In this document: in pieces, positions 1-11,704 of the stretch | How positions within the stretch are numbered: position 1 is the first letter of the stretch | Layout: every line of letters begins with the position of its first letter | Assembly (NCBI RefSeq): GCF_016432865.1 | Contig: NC_067403.1 | Location: 256,622,026-256,682,000 of the forward strand | DNA: 59,975 nt | Origin: Antechinus flavipes | Taxonomy: Eukaryota | Direction of reading: 5' to 3' | Translations under genes and position numbers: made by a program | Notes under the pieces: generated by a model | What the model was told of the DNA's origin: nothing | Databases searched by the model: none | Seen by the model: the letters and a program-made list of their open reading frames with translations, nothing else

Positions 1-8
1 ACACACAC

Positions 9-728
9 NNNNNNNNNNNNNNNNNNNNNNNNNNNNNNNNNNNNNNNNNNNNNNNNNNNNNNNNNNNNNNNNNNNNNNNNNNNNNNNNNNNNNNNNNNNN
101 NNNNNNNNNNNNNNNNNNNNNNNNNNNNNNNNNNNNNNNNNNNNNNNNNNNNNNNNNNNNNNNNNNNNNNNNNNNNNNNNNNNNNNNNNNNNNNNNNNNN
201 NNNNNNNNNNNNNNNNNNNNNNNNNNNNNNNNNNNNNNNNNNNNNNNNNNNNNNNNNNNNNNNNNNNNNNNNNNNNNNNNNNNNNNNNNNNNNNNNNNNN
301 NNNNNNNNNNNNNNNNNNNNNNNNNNNNNNNNNNNNNNNNNNNNNNNNNNNNNNNNNNNNNNNNNNNNNNNNNNNNNNNNNNNNNNNNNNNNNNNNNNNN
401 NNNNNNNNNNNNNNNNNNNNNNNNNNNNNNNNNNNNNNNNNNNNNNNNNNNNNNNNNNNNNNNNNNNNNNNNNNNNNNNNNNNNNNNNNNNNNNNNNNNN
501 NNNNNNNNNNNNNNNNNNNNNNNNNNNNNNNNNNNNNNNNNNNNNNNNNNNNNNNNNNNNNNNNNNNNNNNNNNNNNNNNNNNNNNNNNNNNNNNNNNNN
601 NNNNNNNNNNNNNNNNNNNNNNNNNNNNNNNNNNNNNNNNNNNNNNNNNNNNNNNNNNNNNNNNNNNNNNNNNNNNNNNNNNNNNNNNNNNNNNNNNNNN
701 NNNNNNNNNNNNNNNNNNNNNNNNNNNN
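9..728. other. Assembly gap (720 N)
   Basis: Run of N from 9 to 728, preceded by (AC)4. Confidence 0.99.
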
Positions 729-3101
729 CTTTCCCGGGAGGCCTCTGGTCCCCATTTTACAGCTGGGAGCCTCGAGTCTGGCCATCAGTCATTCCAGGCC
801 CCGCCCCTTCTCCTCTCCAGCCTCTGTGACTGTCCAGGACTTCTGTCCGCCTGACCTGGACCCTCAGGGCTCGTTCGTACATCTATTAGTCACCTACTGT
901 GTGCAGAGGCCCCCGCTGTGTGCCGTGGGCAAACGCGTGGCTGAACCTGCTCCCCAGGAGTGGGCCCCACGGCCTCGGGCTTGGCGCCTCCCTGAGCCTC
1001 AGTTTCCCCTTCGGTCTCCCAGCCCCCCGGGACCCCAGCTGGGGAGGCGCACTCAGTCCCGGCCGAGGCTCCTTCCGGGGAGGCCGCGTCTAAGCCGGTC
1101 CTGCGGGCGGGGGAGGCGAGCCCCGGACCCAGGAATAGCCCCAGAAGGTGGAGGCCGCCCCAGCAGTTCCCAGGCCCAGCCCGGAGAGGGAGGAAGTGTC
1201 CCCGGGGCCCCGCCCCCTCCCTCTGCCCCCTGGGCCCAGCGGCCACAGCAGCTGTGTTTGCGGAGGAGCCCCCCCCCTCCCCCCAGTGACTGACGGAGCC
1301 GGGTTCCAGTCCCGGCTCTCACGGGGCCATTGGCTGAGTCCTCCGAGGCGGCTGTGGGGGAGGGGGAGATGCCGGGGACGCCGCCACTTCCCTCTGAACC
1401 CCTGGTGCGCCCCCAGCCCCAGCCGAGGGCCCCCCCTCAGTTTGCTCGTCTGTCGGAAGGGTTGGCCTGGGCCCAACCTCTGAGCACGACGCAGGCTCCC
1501 CTCGGAGAAGCCTCTTGGGGCTCCCTTGGCCCCCGGTTGCCCAGAAGCCGCCCCAGCTCAGCGCGCCCCCCCCTTCCTTCCTCTGCTGGAGGATGGCGCA
1601 GGAGCGCCCTCTGGTGGCGCGAAGAGAGACCGAGGACGGCGCCCCGAGAGGGAGGGGGCCCTGGCTGGGTAAGGGAGGGGCCTGGGAGATCGGGGGCTTC
1701 CGGGGGAGCCAAGATGCAGGTGGCCACCGAGGAAGAGCAGAGAGGCGAGCTCTCCCAGCTGGGGGAGGGGCTGAGAAGCCGGGGTCTCCATCTAGCCCCT
1801 CCCCCCGGACGCCGGGGCCCAGCCCGAGTGACCCCCCCCCAAAGCCACAGACCCGAAGTGGAAGGGCCTGCAGTGAGCACGTGGCGTCGGCGGGGGAGCG
1901 CGCGACCCCCGGAGGCGCCCCTGTGGGCCAGGAGGGGGAGCCGCCCGGGGCGGGGGCCGTGCCCCTCGAGGGGAGACTTCCGAACACTCGGGGCTGCCGG
2001 ACCCGAGGCCCTGGGGGAGGGAGCGAGCTCCCGGCGTGGCTCTCCAGGGACGGGCGGAAGTTTCGGGGGCGCCGCCTCTCGGACACTGGGCCGGCCCTTC
2101 CAGGCTTGCGGAGGCTTCCTGGACGTTCGCTGTCATTCTCCAGCCCCCTGGGAGGTTACTAAGGGTCATTGCCACCCCCAAGGAGGCAGGAGGAGCCGCT
2201 TGTCCAAAGTCACCGCCAACGACGTCGGACCCGAATTTGAACCCAGAACTTGCTGGCTCCAAGTCCAGCCTCCTCATCTGCCCCTCCCTCGGGGTCATTG
2301 GGCGGGGGCCGTTTAAAGCTCCTGCGGAGAGGGGCTCTGAGGGGGCTGTTTCTGCAGCCGGGTCCGGCAGTGACCAGCAGGAAAGTCCAGAGGGGCCGCC
2401 CCTCCCCCACTCCGGCCTCTTCCATCCTCAGGGGGCGGGACTCCGCCCGACTGGGCCTCCCGAGGCTAAGGGGGGTGGGGGGGGAGGGGTCACCCCGGCG
2501 CGGACCACTCCCCCCCACCCCCCCAACCCCCGCCATGAGACGCCGGGACACACCGGATGGGGGTGGGGCGGCCGGAGCCTCCCCCTAGAACGGAGAGGGA
2601 GGCAGTGGGGGTGCACCTGAGGCTCCGAGCTCCGCCTGAGGTCGGGGCCTCCAGGACCCTCTCCTTGCCTGCGGACGGGAGGCAGAGAGGACGGAGCCTC
2701 CTGGGGCCCCACGGGGAGGCTGTGACTGGGAGGGCACCCGCTGGGGGGGGGGGCTGCCCAGTGCCTCCCACCCTCCTGAGCCTGCCAGGGCTGCCCCGCC
2801 AGTCACCGGGCCTCAGAGAGGGCCCAGCCTCGGACCCAATCCAACACTGGGCGGACCCGAAGTGGGCGTCCCTGGGCCGGCGGCTCCGGGCTCGGCCTTT
2901 CAGGTGCAGCTGCCCTTGGCCCCACCATGACCTTCTGCCCGAGGGGATCTGCCTGGGACCCTGGGGAGCGGCCCCCAGACCCCTCAGCATCCTGGGACCC
3001 CCCCCTTCCATCATCTGCCCAGAAGGGAAGCTCCTTGGGGCAGGCGCTGCCCCTTCTCTGCCTGGTCTGAGCTCGGCACGTGGTAAGTGCTTAGTAAGTG
3101 C

Positions 3102-3107
3102 TTTATT
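3102..3107 (-). terminator. Polyadenylation signal for RIN1
   Basis: Plus-strand TTTATT = AATAAA on minus, ~180 nt past the RIN1 stop. Confidence 0.6.
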
Positions 3108-3287
3108 CATACATTTGTCCATTCATTCAGCAGCAACAGCAGCCTCAGCTCTCCAATCCCGGGAGGTCTCAGACCCAGCAAAGCCCCCAAGGCCATTTCC
3201 TCCCCCACATGGGGGGGGGGGTCCCCGGCCAGCCGCCCCTGGGCCAGCGTGGGCGTGGACTGGCCCTCGGAAGCCGGCTCTGGGTGG

Positions 3288-6200
3288 TCACTCCTCGGGG
3301 CCTCCCCCCGCTTCTGGCTCCTGCTCCTCGGGACCCCCAGGGGTCCCTCCGCCTCCCCCTGCTTCCGGTCCCTGTTCTTCGGGACCCCCGGGGGCTCCTC
3401 CACCTCCCCCCGCTTCCGGCCCCTGCTCCTGCTCCGGGTGGCCCGCTCCTGCCCCTTTGCCCTTCTCCTCCAGCCTCCCTCCACCTCCCTCGGGGGTCAC
3501 CCCCTGGGCCCCAGGAGCCTCCTCCCTCCCCTTGCCTCCATCCTGCTCTCCCTCCACCCGCCGGTAGATGAGGTAGCCGGGGCCCGCCAGGTCATGGGGC
3601 AGGGTGTCGGGGGCCAGGCGGCGAGAGCCCTTCTCGTTGTGCAGGAAGAGGGCGAAGGCTTCGGGCCTGCTCACCCGGAACTTGGCGGCACAGAGCTGGC
3701 ACAGCGTGGCCGCCGAGGAGCCCGGGGGCAGCGCCAGGGTCTTGGACGTGCAGCCGTTGGTGGGGTCCTGGTACGCCACCCGGAGGAGGTGCTGGGAAAG
3801 GCAGAGGGCCCAGGAGTCGGTCCCGATGCCGGGGGTGCCCACTTGGCTCCCAAGGGCACAGGCGGGTCCCGGGCCTCCCGAGCCTCAGCGTGTGCCCCCT
3901 GCTCTGAGCCCCCCTCCCCCTCCCCCATTCAGTGGGAGCTTCCGCCCTTGGGGGGGGGGGCAGCTACCTTGAAGTTCCCGGAGGGAGGGAGTCTCCGCTG
4001 CTCCCAGAGGCTGAGCGAGCGCCGGAGCTCCTGGGCCGGACTGAGGGGCCGCGCCCCGGCCTGGCCCAGACTCCCCAGCAGGGTCAGGCTGGCCATCAGG
4101 CTGGTGAGGCAGTAGCCGCCTAGGACAGGGAGGTCCGGGTGAGGCGGGGGCGGAGGCCGCGGGAGGGGGCTCAGTTCTGGGGGCTGCAGGGGGGCGGGGG
4201 TGCTCACCCTCCCCCGTGAGCAGGCCGGGCTCCAGCAGTTCCGCCATGTACTCGGCCTCGGGCAGCAGGTCCGGGAGGTCGCACTGGGCCAGGACAGCGC
4301 TAAGCAGGGGCAGGAACTCATCGGCGCCCGCGCTCTCCCCTGCGAGGGAGGGGCCCTTAGGGAGGCTGGGCCTCCCCTCCCCTGCCCCCCCCCAGGGCTG
4401 GGGCGCCCGCCAGGGGCTTCTTGGGTCACACTCGCCCCGGGGACCCCGGGCTGCGCCCCCTCCCTCCCCCCGAGTCCCTGGGCCACAGACAGCCGGCCCC
4501 CAGCCCGGTCCCTTCCACCCTTGGGGTTTTGGGGGGATCAGCGGGGCGCGCCCTCCCCTGCACCGTGTGGGCCTCCTCTGCAGCCAGACAGGGCCCACCC
4601 TGGGGACGCCAGGGGAAACCGAGGCCCAGAGGTTCTGGGGGGCTCCTGGCGGGGCCTCCGTCCCACCCCCCCCTCGCCGGCCCCGCCGGTACCTGCCCAG
4701 CTCCTCAGGGCCTCCGAGAGCAGCTTGCAGGCCTGCAGGAGCCGGGTGACCTTGGCCCTGGGAGAATAGCCCCCGAGCAGTTTCAGCAGCTTCTCCCGGA
4801 TGCGCTCCATCTCCGGCGGGGAGGGGAGACCCAGGCAGTCCCCGAAGGCCCCGGGCCCCTGAGCCTTGGCCAGCCGCAGGCCCTCCTCCAGCCGGGCCCA
4901 GGAGCCGTCCGCGGCCAGGCGCAGCCGCAGGCGCGACAGCAGGAGGGGCCGCAGGGGCTTCAGCACCGAGCGCTGCAGGGCCTTCTCCACCACGAGCTCT
5001 GGGGGGCGAGAGGGGGCGTCGGGGGGGGGCGGAGAAGGGGGCCCATGCCCGGGGGCAAAGGAAGAGGAGGGGGCCCGTGCGGGGGGGGGGGGGAAGGAGG
5101 AGGAGGGGGCCCGCGCCCGGGGGCAAAGGAGGAGGAGGGGGCCCGCGCCCAGGGGCGGCTGATGTGGCACACAGGAGAAACCGAGGCTCAGCCAGGCTCC
5201 CTGGGCGCGGGGCCCTCAGGGGCTGGGGGTGGGCAAGGAGGAGAGCGGGGGAGGCGGGCTGGGGGTGGGGGAGGGGGGCAGGCCCGGCACTCACCCAGGC
5301 GCTCCTCGGCCACCAGCTTCTCCTGGGCCAGCTCGGCCACCAGCAGGGCCTGGGCCCGGCTCAGCACCTCGCGCACCTGCTGCAGCTCCCGGGCCTCGGG
5401 CCCCGCTCGCACCCGGGTCAGCAAGTCCTGGACCAGCTGCCCAGGGAGGGTCCGTCGGTCCCGGGCCAGCTCGGCCACGGCCCGCGCCACCTGCCTCTCG
5501 GGCGCCAGCAGGGAGCACACGGCGTCGCTCATGGAGCGGAGCAGCCGGCGCCGCCGCCCCGGGCGGGGGGAGGAGGCCGGGCCCCCCGGGGGGCCCCCCT
5601 CGTCCTCCGAGGCGCTGGGGGAGCCGCTGTCCACCTCCCGCAGAGAGGGGAGGGGAGGCGCGCCCAGGCCGGCGCTCCCCGGGACCCGATAGCCCCCCGA
5701 GCTGCCCCTCCTCAGGGGCCTGTGGGGGGGCGCGGCGCGAGCCTGGGCGGGGGGGCCCCCGGGGGGCAGCGGCACGGGGGGCGGGGGGGCGGCCGGGGGT
5801 GACAGCGGGCTGGAGGTCTCCGTGGACACCCGGACCTTGAAGCTCCTCTTGAACTTCTCGCGCTTGGCTGGGCCCAGATCCCCGGGGAACAGGGGGTTGA
5901 AGAAGCAGAGGGCGCCCCCGGTTCCCTGGTCCAGCTCCTCGGGGGACCGGGGCTTCAGGCGGGGAATCGGGGGGGCCGCAGCTGCTGGGCCCCCGGGGGC
6001 CCTGCTGTTCAGGGAAGAGTTCCAGAACTCTGGGGAGAAGAGGGGATTCGGGGGCGTGGGGGGCGTGAGCTTCGGCGCCCCCCTGGCACGGCCAGCCCCG
6101 CTCCCCTCGCCCCTCCGGGACACAGACGTCACGGGGATCAGGGGGGACAGAGGGTACGTACCCATCCCCAGGTGAGAGATGGCCTCCAGCTCCTTGTGGG

Positions 6201-7357
6201 TGGTGGCTCTGCGGATGGCCCTGGGCAGCTGGAGGGGGAGGAGCAGGACGTCCCTGGGGGAGGAGGGGGCCGAGGGGTCAGGATCCCGGGGAGGGGGCGG
6301 GGGAGGCAGCCCCCCTAACTCCCTCCCCCCACCCCCCGCTCACCGGCTGTGGCAGTAGGCGGAGATGAGCTGGATCAGGTCTGGGAAGTGGAGCTCGGAG
6401 CCCTCCAGGGAGACAGCTGCCGGGGGGAGGGGGGTACGGGGGTACGGGGGTGTCACACTGGGCAGGAACAGTCCACTGACACGGACCCCCCCAGACTGGC
6501 CCGGCCCCCCCAATGACCCAGCCCCCACACTGCCCCCCCCCCCAGACTGGCCCATTCCGGGCAGCGGGCTCACCCTCGGGGCCCTCCCGGATGTCGTGGC
6601 TGGAGACAAAGGAAGGTCCCAGGGCCTCCGGGAGCCGGACACACAGGGCCTTGCACTGCCGGGTGTTGGATTTCCGAACCAGGAAAGTCTGTGGCGACGA
6701 GGGAGGCTCAGAGGCTGGGGCCGGCCTCCCCTCCCAGAGGCCCAGCCCCCCCCCAGCTCCCGGCCGCCCCCCCCCCAGCTCCCGGCCCCCCTCCCCGGGG
6801 CCCGCCCCCCAGCCCCGTCCCTCACCCCGGGGGGCTCTCTCTGCAGCACGTGGAGGGCGGCGGCGGCGTTGGCGCTGAGCTGGAGCCACACGGGCTGGGT
6901 GATCAGCAGCCGCTCCCACAGGCTCACTGGGCGCCCGGGGCCCCGGAACGGGCCCTCCTGCCGCCCCCCGGCCTCCGGGATGTCGTAGATGGGGTCTCTG
7001 GCTGGGCTGCGAAGACAGACGGGGTCCGAGGAATGGCTGCCTCCCCCCTTTCCCCCCCCCCCCCCCCCCCCGAGCCTGGGAGCCGTTCTTCCCTCCCGGC
7101 TTCCCAGGTCCCTCGCCAGTTTCCTCCCCGTCCCATCTTCTCCCTCCAGGCTTGTGCAAGGGCACAGATACACACGCTCACACTCATGCACACAATCACT
7201 GACACAATCACACACACACACAGACACACAATCACTGACACAATCACAGACACACACAATCACTCAGACACTCACACTCTGCTCTCCACACTCCCGAGTT
7301 CCCCAACTTTCCCGGGCGCGGGTACCTGGCGGGGGCGCCGGCCCCGGGGAGCTCCAT
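3288..7357 (-). CDS. RIN1: Ras and Rab interactor 1 (SH2, Pro-rich, VPS9 GEF, RA domains), 773 aa
   Basis: Coding exons: 7326-7357, 6826-7006, 6574-6688, 6344-6416, 6162-6253, 5295-6029, 4693-4998, 4208-4339, 3968-4119, 3288-3791. All GT-AG, phases consistent, 2322 nt. Hallmarks: DPIYDIP (ABL site), TFLVRKSNTRQC (SH2), LCFFNPLFPGDLGP, RLLRSMS (14-3-3 site), GADEFLP and GYCLT (VPS9), HLLRVAYQDP (RA). Exon 1 (MELPGAGAPAS) is the least certain. Confidence 0.95.
3295..3440 (-). repeat. 51-bp coding tandem repeat in RIN1 tail (~2.8 copies)
   Basis: Encodes repeated GPEAGGGGG(A/T)PGGPEEQ (17 aa) just before the stop. Confidence 0.75.
5040..5155. repeat. Short purine-rich tandem repeat in RIN1 intron 6
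   Basis: Degenerate copies of GGGGGCAAAGGA(A/G)GAGGAGGGGGCCCG. Confidence 0.55.
7168..7280. repeat. Degenerate (CA)n microsatellite in RIN1 intron 1
   Basis: cacacaatcactgacacaatcacacacacaca... Confidence 0.85.
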
Positions 7358-7823
7358 GGGGGGCCCTGGGAGCCCCTCTCCGAGCTCTGGAGCTAAGGAT
7401 CCAGGGCCGGGAGCGAAGGCGCAGTCACATTCCCGGTGAGTAACACTTCCTGGAGGGAGCTCAGCCCTGGCACACCCCAGCCTGTTAACTCCTCTCTGCC
7501 CACGGCCCCGCCGGCCCGCCCGGCACCAGCCGCCCCTGCGCCCGCGGGCCCCGCCTGCCCCACACCCCGGGATGCCGGGGACAGCGCCCCACGCGCCCGG
7601 GCTCAGGCATCCCTGCTCCCCGCCCCCGGGCCCGCCGCTGAAGGGGCCGCAGGCAGGAGCGGGTTAAGCCGGGCATCTGCCTCGGGCCCACGCAGGCCCC
7701 GGTGACTCACTCCCGGGCACCGTCTTGCCCATCCCGGCTCGGCGCCCCCTCCCCCAGGCCTGGAGTGCCCCCTCCCGGTCACGGGCTGGCTCCCCCCCAG
7801 CATCTCTTGCCTGTAGCTCTGGG

Positions 7824-7871
7824 GTTGCCATGGTGAGGCTGCATTTCCCCCCGCATCATTTCCATGGTAAC
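7824..7871. promoter_or_regulatory. Two RFX X-box-like motifs upstream of RIN1
   Basis: GTTGCCATGGTGAG (7824-7837) and ATTTCCATGGTAAC (7858-7871) vs consensus GTTNCCATGGNAAC. Confidence 0.5.
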
Positions 7872-8073
7872 TGCCCCCTTTCTGTGGGGGTGGTACTGAC
7901 AGCGCTGGGGGGAGGGGGGAAGGCTGCGTGTGAGGTCACCTGCGTCTGGCTCAGCCGGCCCTCTCCCCGCCCTCGGGCAGCCTCCTCTGGATCCCTGCCC
8001 AGGCGGCCGGCAGGTAGCTGCCGGGCCCCTGAAGGTGCGCCTCCGCTGGGGCCCCTGCCGGGTTCGGATGCTG

Positions 8074-8087
8074 CCGCTAGGGGGCGC
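8074..8087 (+). promoter_or_regulatory. CTCF consensus motif
   Basis: CCGCTAGGGGGCGC, between the RIN1 promoter and the BRMS1 3' end. Confidence 0.65.
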
Positions 8088-8431
8088 GGAGGGTTGGGAG
8101 AAGCACCTACTGCGTCCCAGTCCCTCCTGAGGTGCTCTCCTCCCATTCAGCAGCTGCAGAAACCGAGGCAGCCCCAGATTGGAGGCCCTGCTCGGGGTCA
8201 GCCCTGAGCTTGACCTCGGGTCCCTCCGGGGCCCCAGCATGCACTGGGCTGAGGAGCTGATGGCTCCTAACCCTCCCCCACCCAACCTGTGAGTAATCCT
8301 GAGGGGAAGCCCCCCGACTGAGCTTCATCAGTCCAGCATAGGTAGAGGCCCCTCTGGGCCCCGCATCTCTCCTCCCTCTTCCCCCGGTGCTGGGAGGGTG
8401 GGCACAGATACACACGAGTCAGGGCAGTTGT

Positions 8432-8451
8432 TTTAATTATTAAACTTTAAT
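8432..8451 (-). terminator. Tandem ATTAAA polyA signals for BRMS1
   Basis: Plus-strand TTTAAT at 8432-8437 and 8446-8451, an AT-rich spot in otherwise GC-rich DNA downstream of the last exon. Confidence 0.6.
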
Positions 8452-8690
8452 TGTCACCATGATTCTAAACCTCGGAACCCTGGGAAAAACTTGGGTTCCT
8501 TCGTTCTCACCCCAAAACGCGTCACTCCAAGGAACTGGCCCCGAGCCCCTGGCCGGGCGGCCTGAGCGGCCCTGGGGCTGGGGGCAAAAGCTGGCCGGCC
8601 CTGGGCCATTCTGAGAGTCTGGCTCTGGGTCAAAGCGACTGGACCCTCCACAGCCCCCACGTCCAGGGGCGTCCGCCCCACCTCTGGAGG

Positions 8691-11600
8691 CTAGATGGTG
8701 GAGGAAGGGGCGGCCCACGGGGTCATCTGGTGGCTGGAGGGCCCAGGAGCCCCAGGGGTCCAGTCGGGCCTTGGCCACAGCCCGGCTGCCCGTCGGGGGT
8801 TAAAGACTTGAGATCGGCTGTGGGCCGGGCGCCCGCCAGGTGGGCCTTGGGCAGGAGAGGGAGGCAAGTCCGCCCAGGCGTGTCTAGGCCGGACCAAGGC
8901 CCCAAAACCGCGCCCCTCCTTGCCAACGCTGCACCCGCACGCCCGCCCCGTGGGCCTTCTCTCAGTGGGATGGGCAGCCCTGCCCAGAGCCACTTCTGCT
9001 CTCACCCTCAGGTTTCCTCTTCTGTGGGGACACCGCCACCTTGGCCTGCGGAGGAGAAAAAGCGCTGTGCTCCCTTCCTGCCCCCTCCCAGTGCCCTGGC
9101 CCCCAACCTGTGATCCTTTCCCCTTCAGGGACTGGGGACCCGAGCCCAGCTAAGGCTCATCCAGGAAGCTGGCCCAAGAGGTGGGATTCAAACCCAGAGC
9201 CTGGACTCCCACCCTAGGCTTCCAGCATGAGCCACTGTCCAGTTTTAAAGGAAGCCCCAAGGGAGTCCCTGATGCCGGGGGAGGGGAGAGGTACCCCCTT
9301 CCCCATGTAATGAGGTGCCTTCTGGGGGCAGCAGCGCCCGTGACGTCCGCCTTCTGGTCCCTGCCCTGGTCAAACTCTCTGGCCCTTGGATCTCCCTCCC
9401 GCTGTCTTGACCCTCTGGCTCAGCCCCCCAGTGCCGGGAGGTGGGGGTGGGGTGGCCTTCAGCTCATGGCTGGGCCCCCTGCCCTAGCCCCGGACCCCTC
9501 ACTGCTCGCTGCCCTATCCCCATGCTGCCGAGTGGTGCCTCTGGGCATCCCAAAATGGAGCTGAGCGGCCCCCTCAGGTCCCCCATTCCTCTCGCGCCTT
9601 TCTGGTTAAGGGGGGCCCTTCGCTGAGCATTCCCTCTTCCATCAGAGCCTCCCCCACTTCCCAGGGATCCAGTGGTCTCCTTCACGCACAGGATTCTGGG
9701 ATCTGGCCACCCCAACTCACTCAGCAGAGCCCCTTGCCAGAGTGTGCTCCCCCCCCCCAACCCAGCATGGCCCCGGGCCACCTCCCTCTCAGCACCAGGA
9801 GCCCCCACAATCCTCCCTCTGAACCTTGGCCTCTTGGAGGCCCATCCCCCCATCTTTACTTCCTGGCTCCCCTCGGGTCTCAGCGCACGCTCTCCCTCAA
9901 CTCCGGGCCCTTCTTTCCTTGTCCTGGGGAGCTGGTTCACTGTGAGCAGGTGGTCTCTCCCCCATTAGCCCAGGAGCTGCCCCCCACCCAGGGCATCATT
10001 CAGGAGACCGCTCATCTTCCTACCTTCTTAATGGCCGTCCAGTCCTCCAGAATATCCATGTCCTCCAGCATGTACACAATGTAAGGTCCTGGAAGGGCCC
10101 AGTTAAGGAAAGCAGAAGCGCTGCCAGCAGGGGGCTCTCTCCAGCTCCCCCGCCACCCGGAGCCCCCGGCCCTTCCAGCCTCCTGGCTCCCAAAGCTCCC
10201 GGGGATGTGGCTTCCTTTTAATACTATGAGGTCACGTGTCCCCCCCCCCCCCTCCCCCCCACACTGTGGAGCAGGCTTTTGGTCCCGCCCTGTGACTCCT
10301 TTGGGGAAAGAATTCCAGATGTGGAAATTCACTCCCTGCTGCTGATTGCGGCCCAGTGGGACCCTCAGGGCGATGCTCGGACCCCGCTCCTCCAGGTGGC
10401 TGCCTCCGGGGAGGCCGGGCCCGATTCCCCAGGGAGGCCGCACGGACAGACCCAGATCAGAGCCGTGATTCCTCTTCGCCAGCCTGGGATGCCCAGCCCG
10501 GAGGATCCCTGCCCATCCCCCTGTGGCTGTAGCCCTCCCGTGGGGCACAGGCCCCTCCCCCACCAGTGTAAGGATACCAGAGACCAGGGGAGCTTTCTTC
10601 CTCTTGCCGGACTGCAGGGACTCCCAGGACCTCGAGCTCCCTCGTGGGTGCAGCTTGTCATCCCACCATTCTGTGCCAAGAGGGCAGGGTCAGCAGGCCC
10701 CCAGGCCTGGCATCCCCCCCCAGGCCCAGCCCCCTCTCCCCCCCCCCCCCCCCAGGCCTGGCCCTTTCTCCCATCCCCCCCAGACCTGGCCAGCCTCACC
10801 AGAGTTTATGTCGATGCTCCGCCGGTCCTCCTCCAGCCGCTGAATCCGCTCCTGGAGCTCCCCCTGGAGGGCGTCGTACAGCAGCAGCCGCTCGCTCTGC
10901 AAAGGGCACTAGGGGGTCAGGCTGGGGCCCGGGCCCCCCACCCCCCGCCCCCGCCCCCCCCCTCACCTCCAGGTGCTGCCGGGCTCCCTGAAGCTCGCAC
11001 TCATACTTGTTCCTGATCACGTCCAGACAGAAGCCCTTGTAGATGCCTGGGAGAGAGGGGCAGCGGGGGTCTCACCACGGGCACGAGCGCCAGGAAGCAG
11101 CGCCCCCCAGCGGCGAGGAGCCCGCACTCACCTGCCACCTGAATCCGAACCTTGAGGCTCCGCTGCAGCCCCCCCAGCGGCTCCGTGTACTCGGGGGCGC
11201 GCTCGGCCCCGACCTCCTCCAGCCGGAAACACACCTGGCTCAGCCGCTCCTTGAACAACCTGAGAAACCAGAGTCAGCGGGCGCCCCCAGGACCCCCCTT
11301 TCCCCCTCCCTCCCCCCCTCCCCCCGGCTGGGCCCTCCCCCAGCGCACTCACTTCTCCTTCAGCTCGGAGAACTGCTTCTCCAGGTCCGACATCTCGTCC
11401 AGACACTCGACCCGGCGCCGCTCACAGTCCTCGTCGTCCATGTCTGTGGACAGGAGGCCGGTCGGGGGTTAGGGCGCTGCTGGTGTGTGAGTGTGTGTGT
11501 GTGTGTGGGGAACGGTCAGGGGGGCAGCCCTGGGGGAGGGGGACCAGCGGCCTTACCGGAGCTCTCCCCGTCGGACTCGGTCTGGCTGGCACTCTGCTCG

Positions 11601-11704
11601 TCCTCGCTGCCCTCCTCCTCCAGCCCGTTCATCTCCGGGGCAGAGTCCCCGTCCCCGTCCCCCTCCATGGCCCTGGCGTCTTTGCTCAGGGGCTGGCCTG
11701 ACAT
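8691..11704 (-). CDS. BRMS1: Breast cancer metastasis suppressor 1 (SIN3/HDAC subunit, Sds3 family)
   Basis: Coding exons: 11557-11704, 11353-11443, 11132-11259, 10967-11046, 10800-10896, 10578-10670, 10024-10088, 9006-9045; last exon either 8691-8845 (298 aa) or 8723-8817 (278 aa). Motifs [59 protein letters not shown] (NLS), [19 protein letters not shown] exon has an acceptor at 11712, so exon 1 is non-coding. Confidence 0.93.

Noticed and set aside
729-3000. Many long ORFs; possible CD248 expected by synteny
   Set aside because: Pro/Gly/Arg-rich in all frames due to GC content; no signal peptide or C-type lectin motifs recognised.
7779-8285. 168-aa minus-strand ORF as an alternative RIN1 first exon
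   Set aside because: No recognisable homology; its best donor is phase 1 while RIN1 exon 2 needs phase 2.
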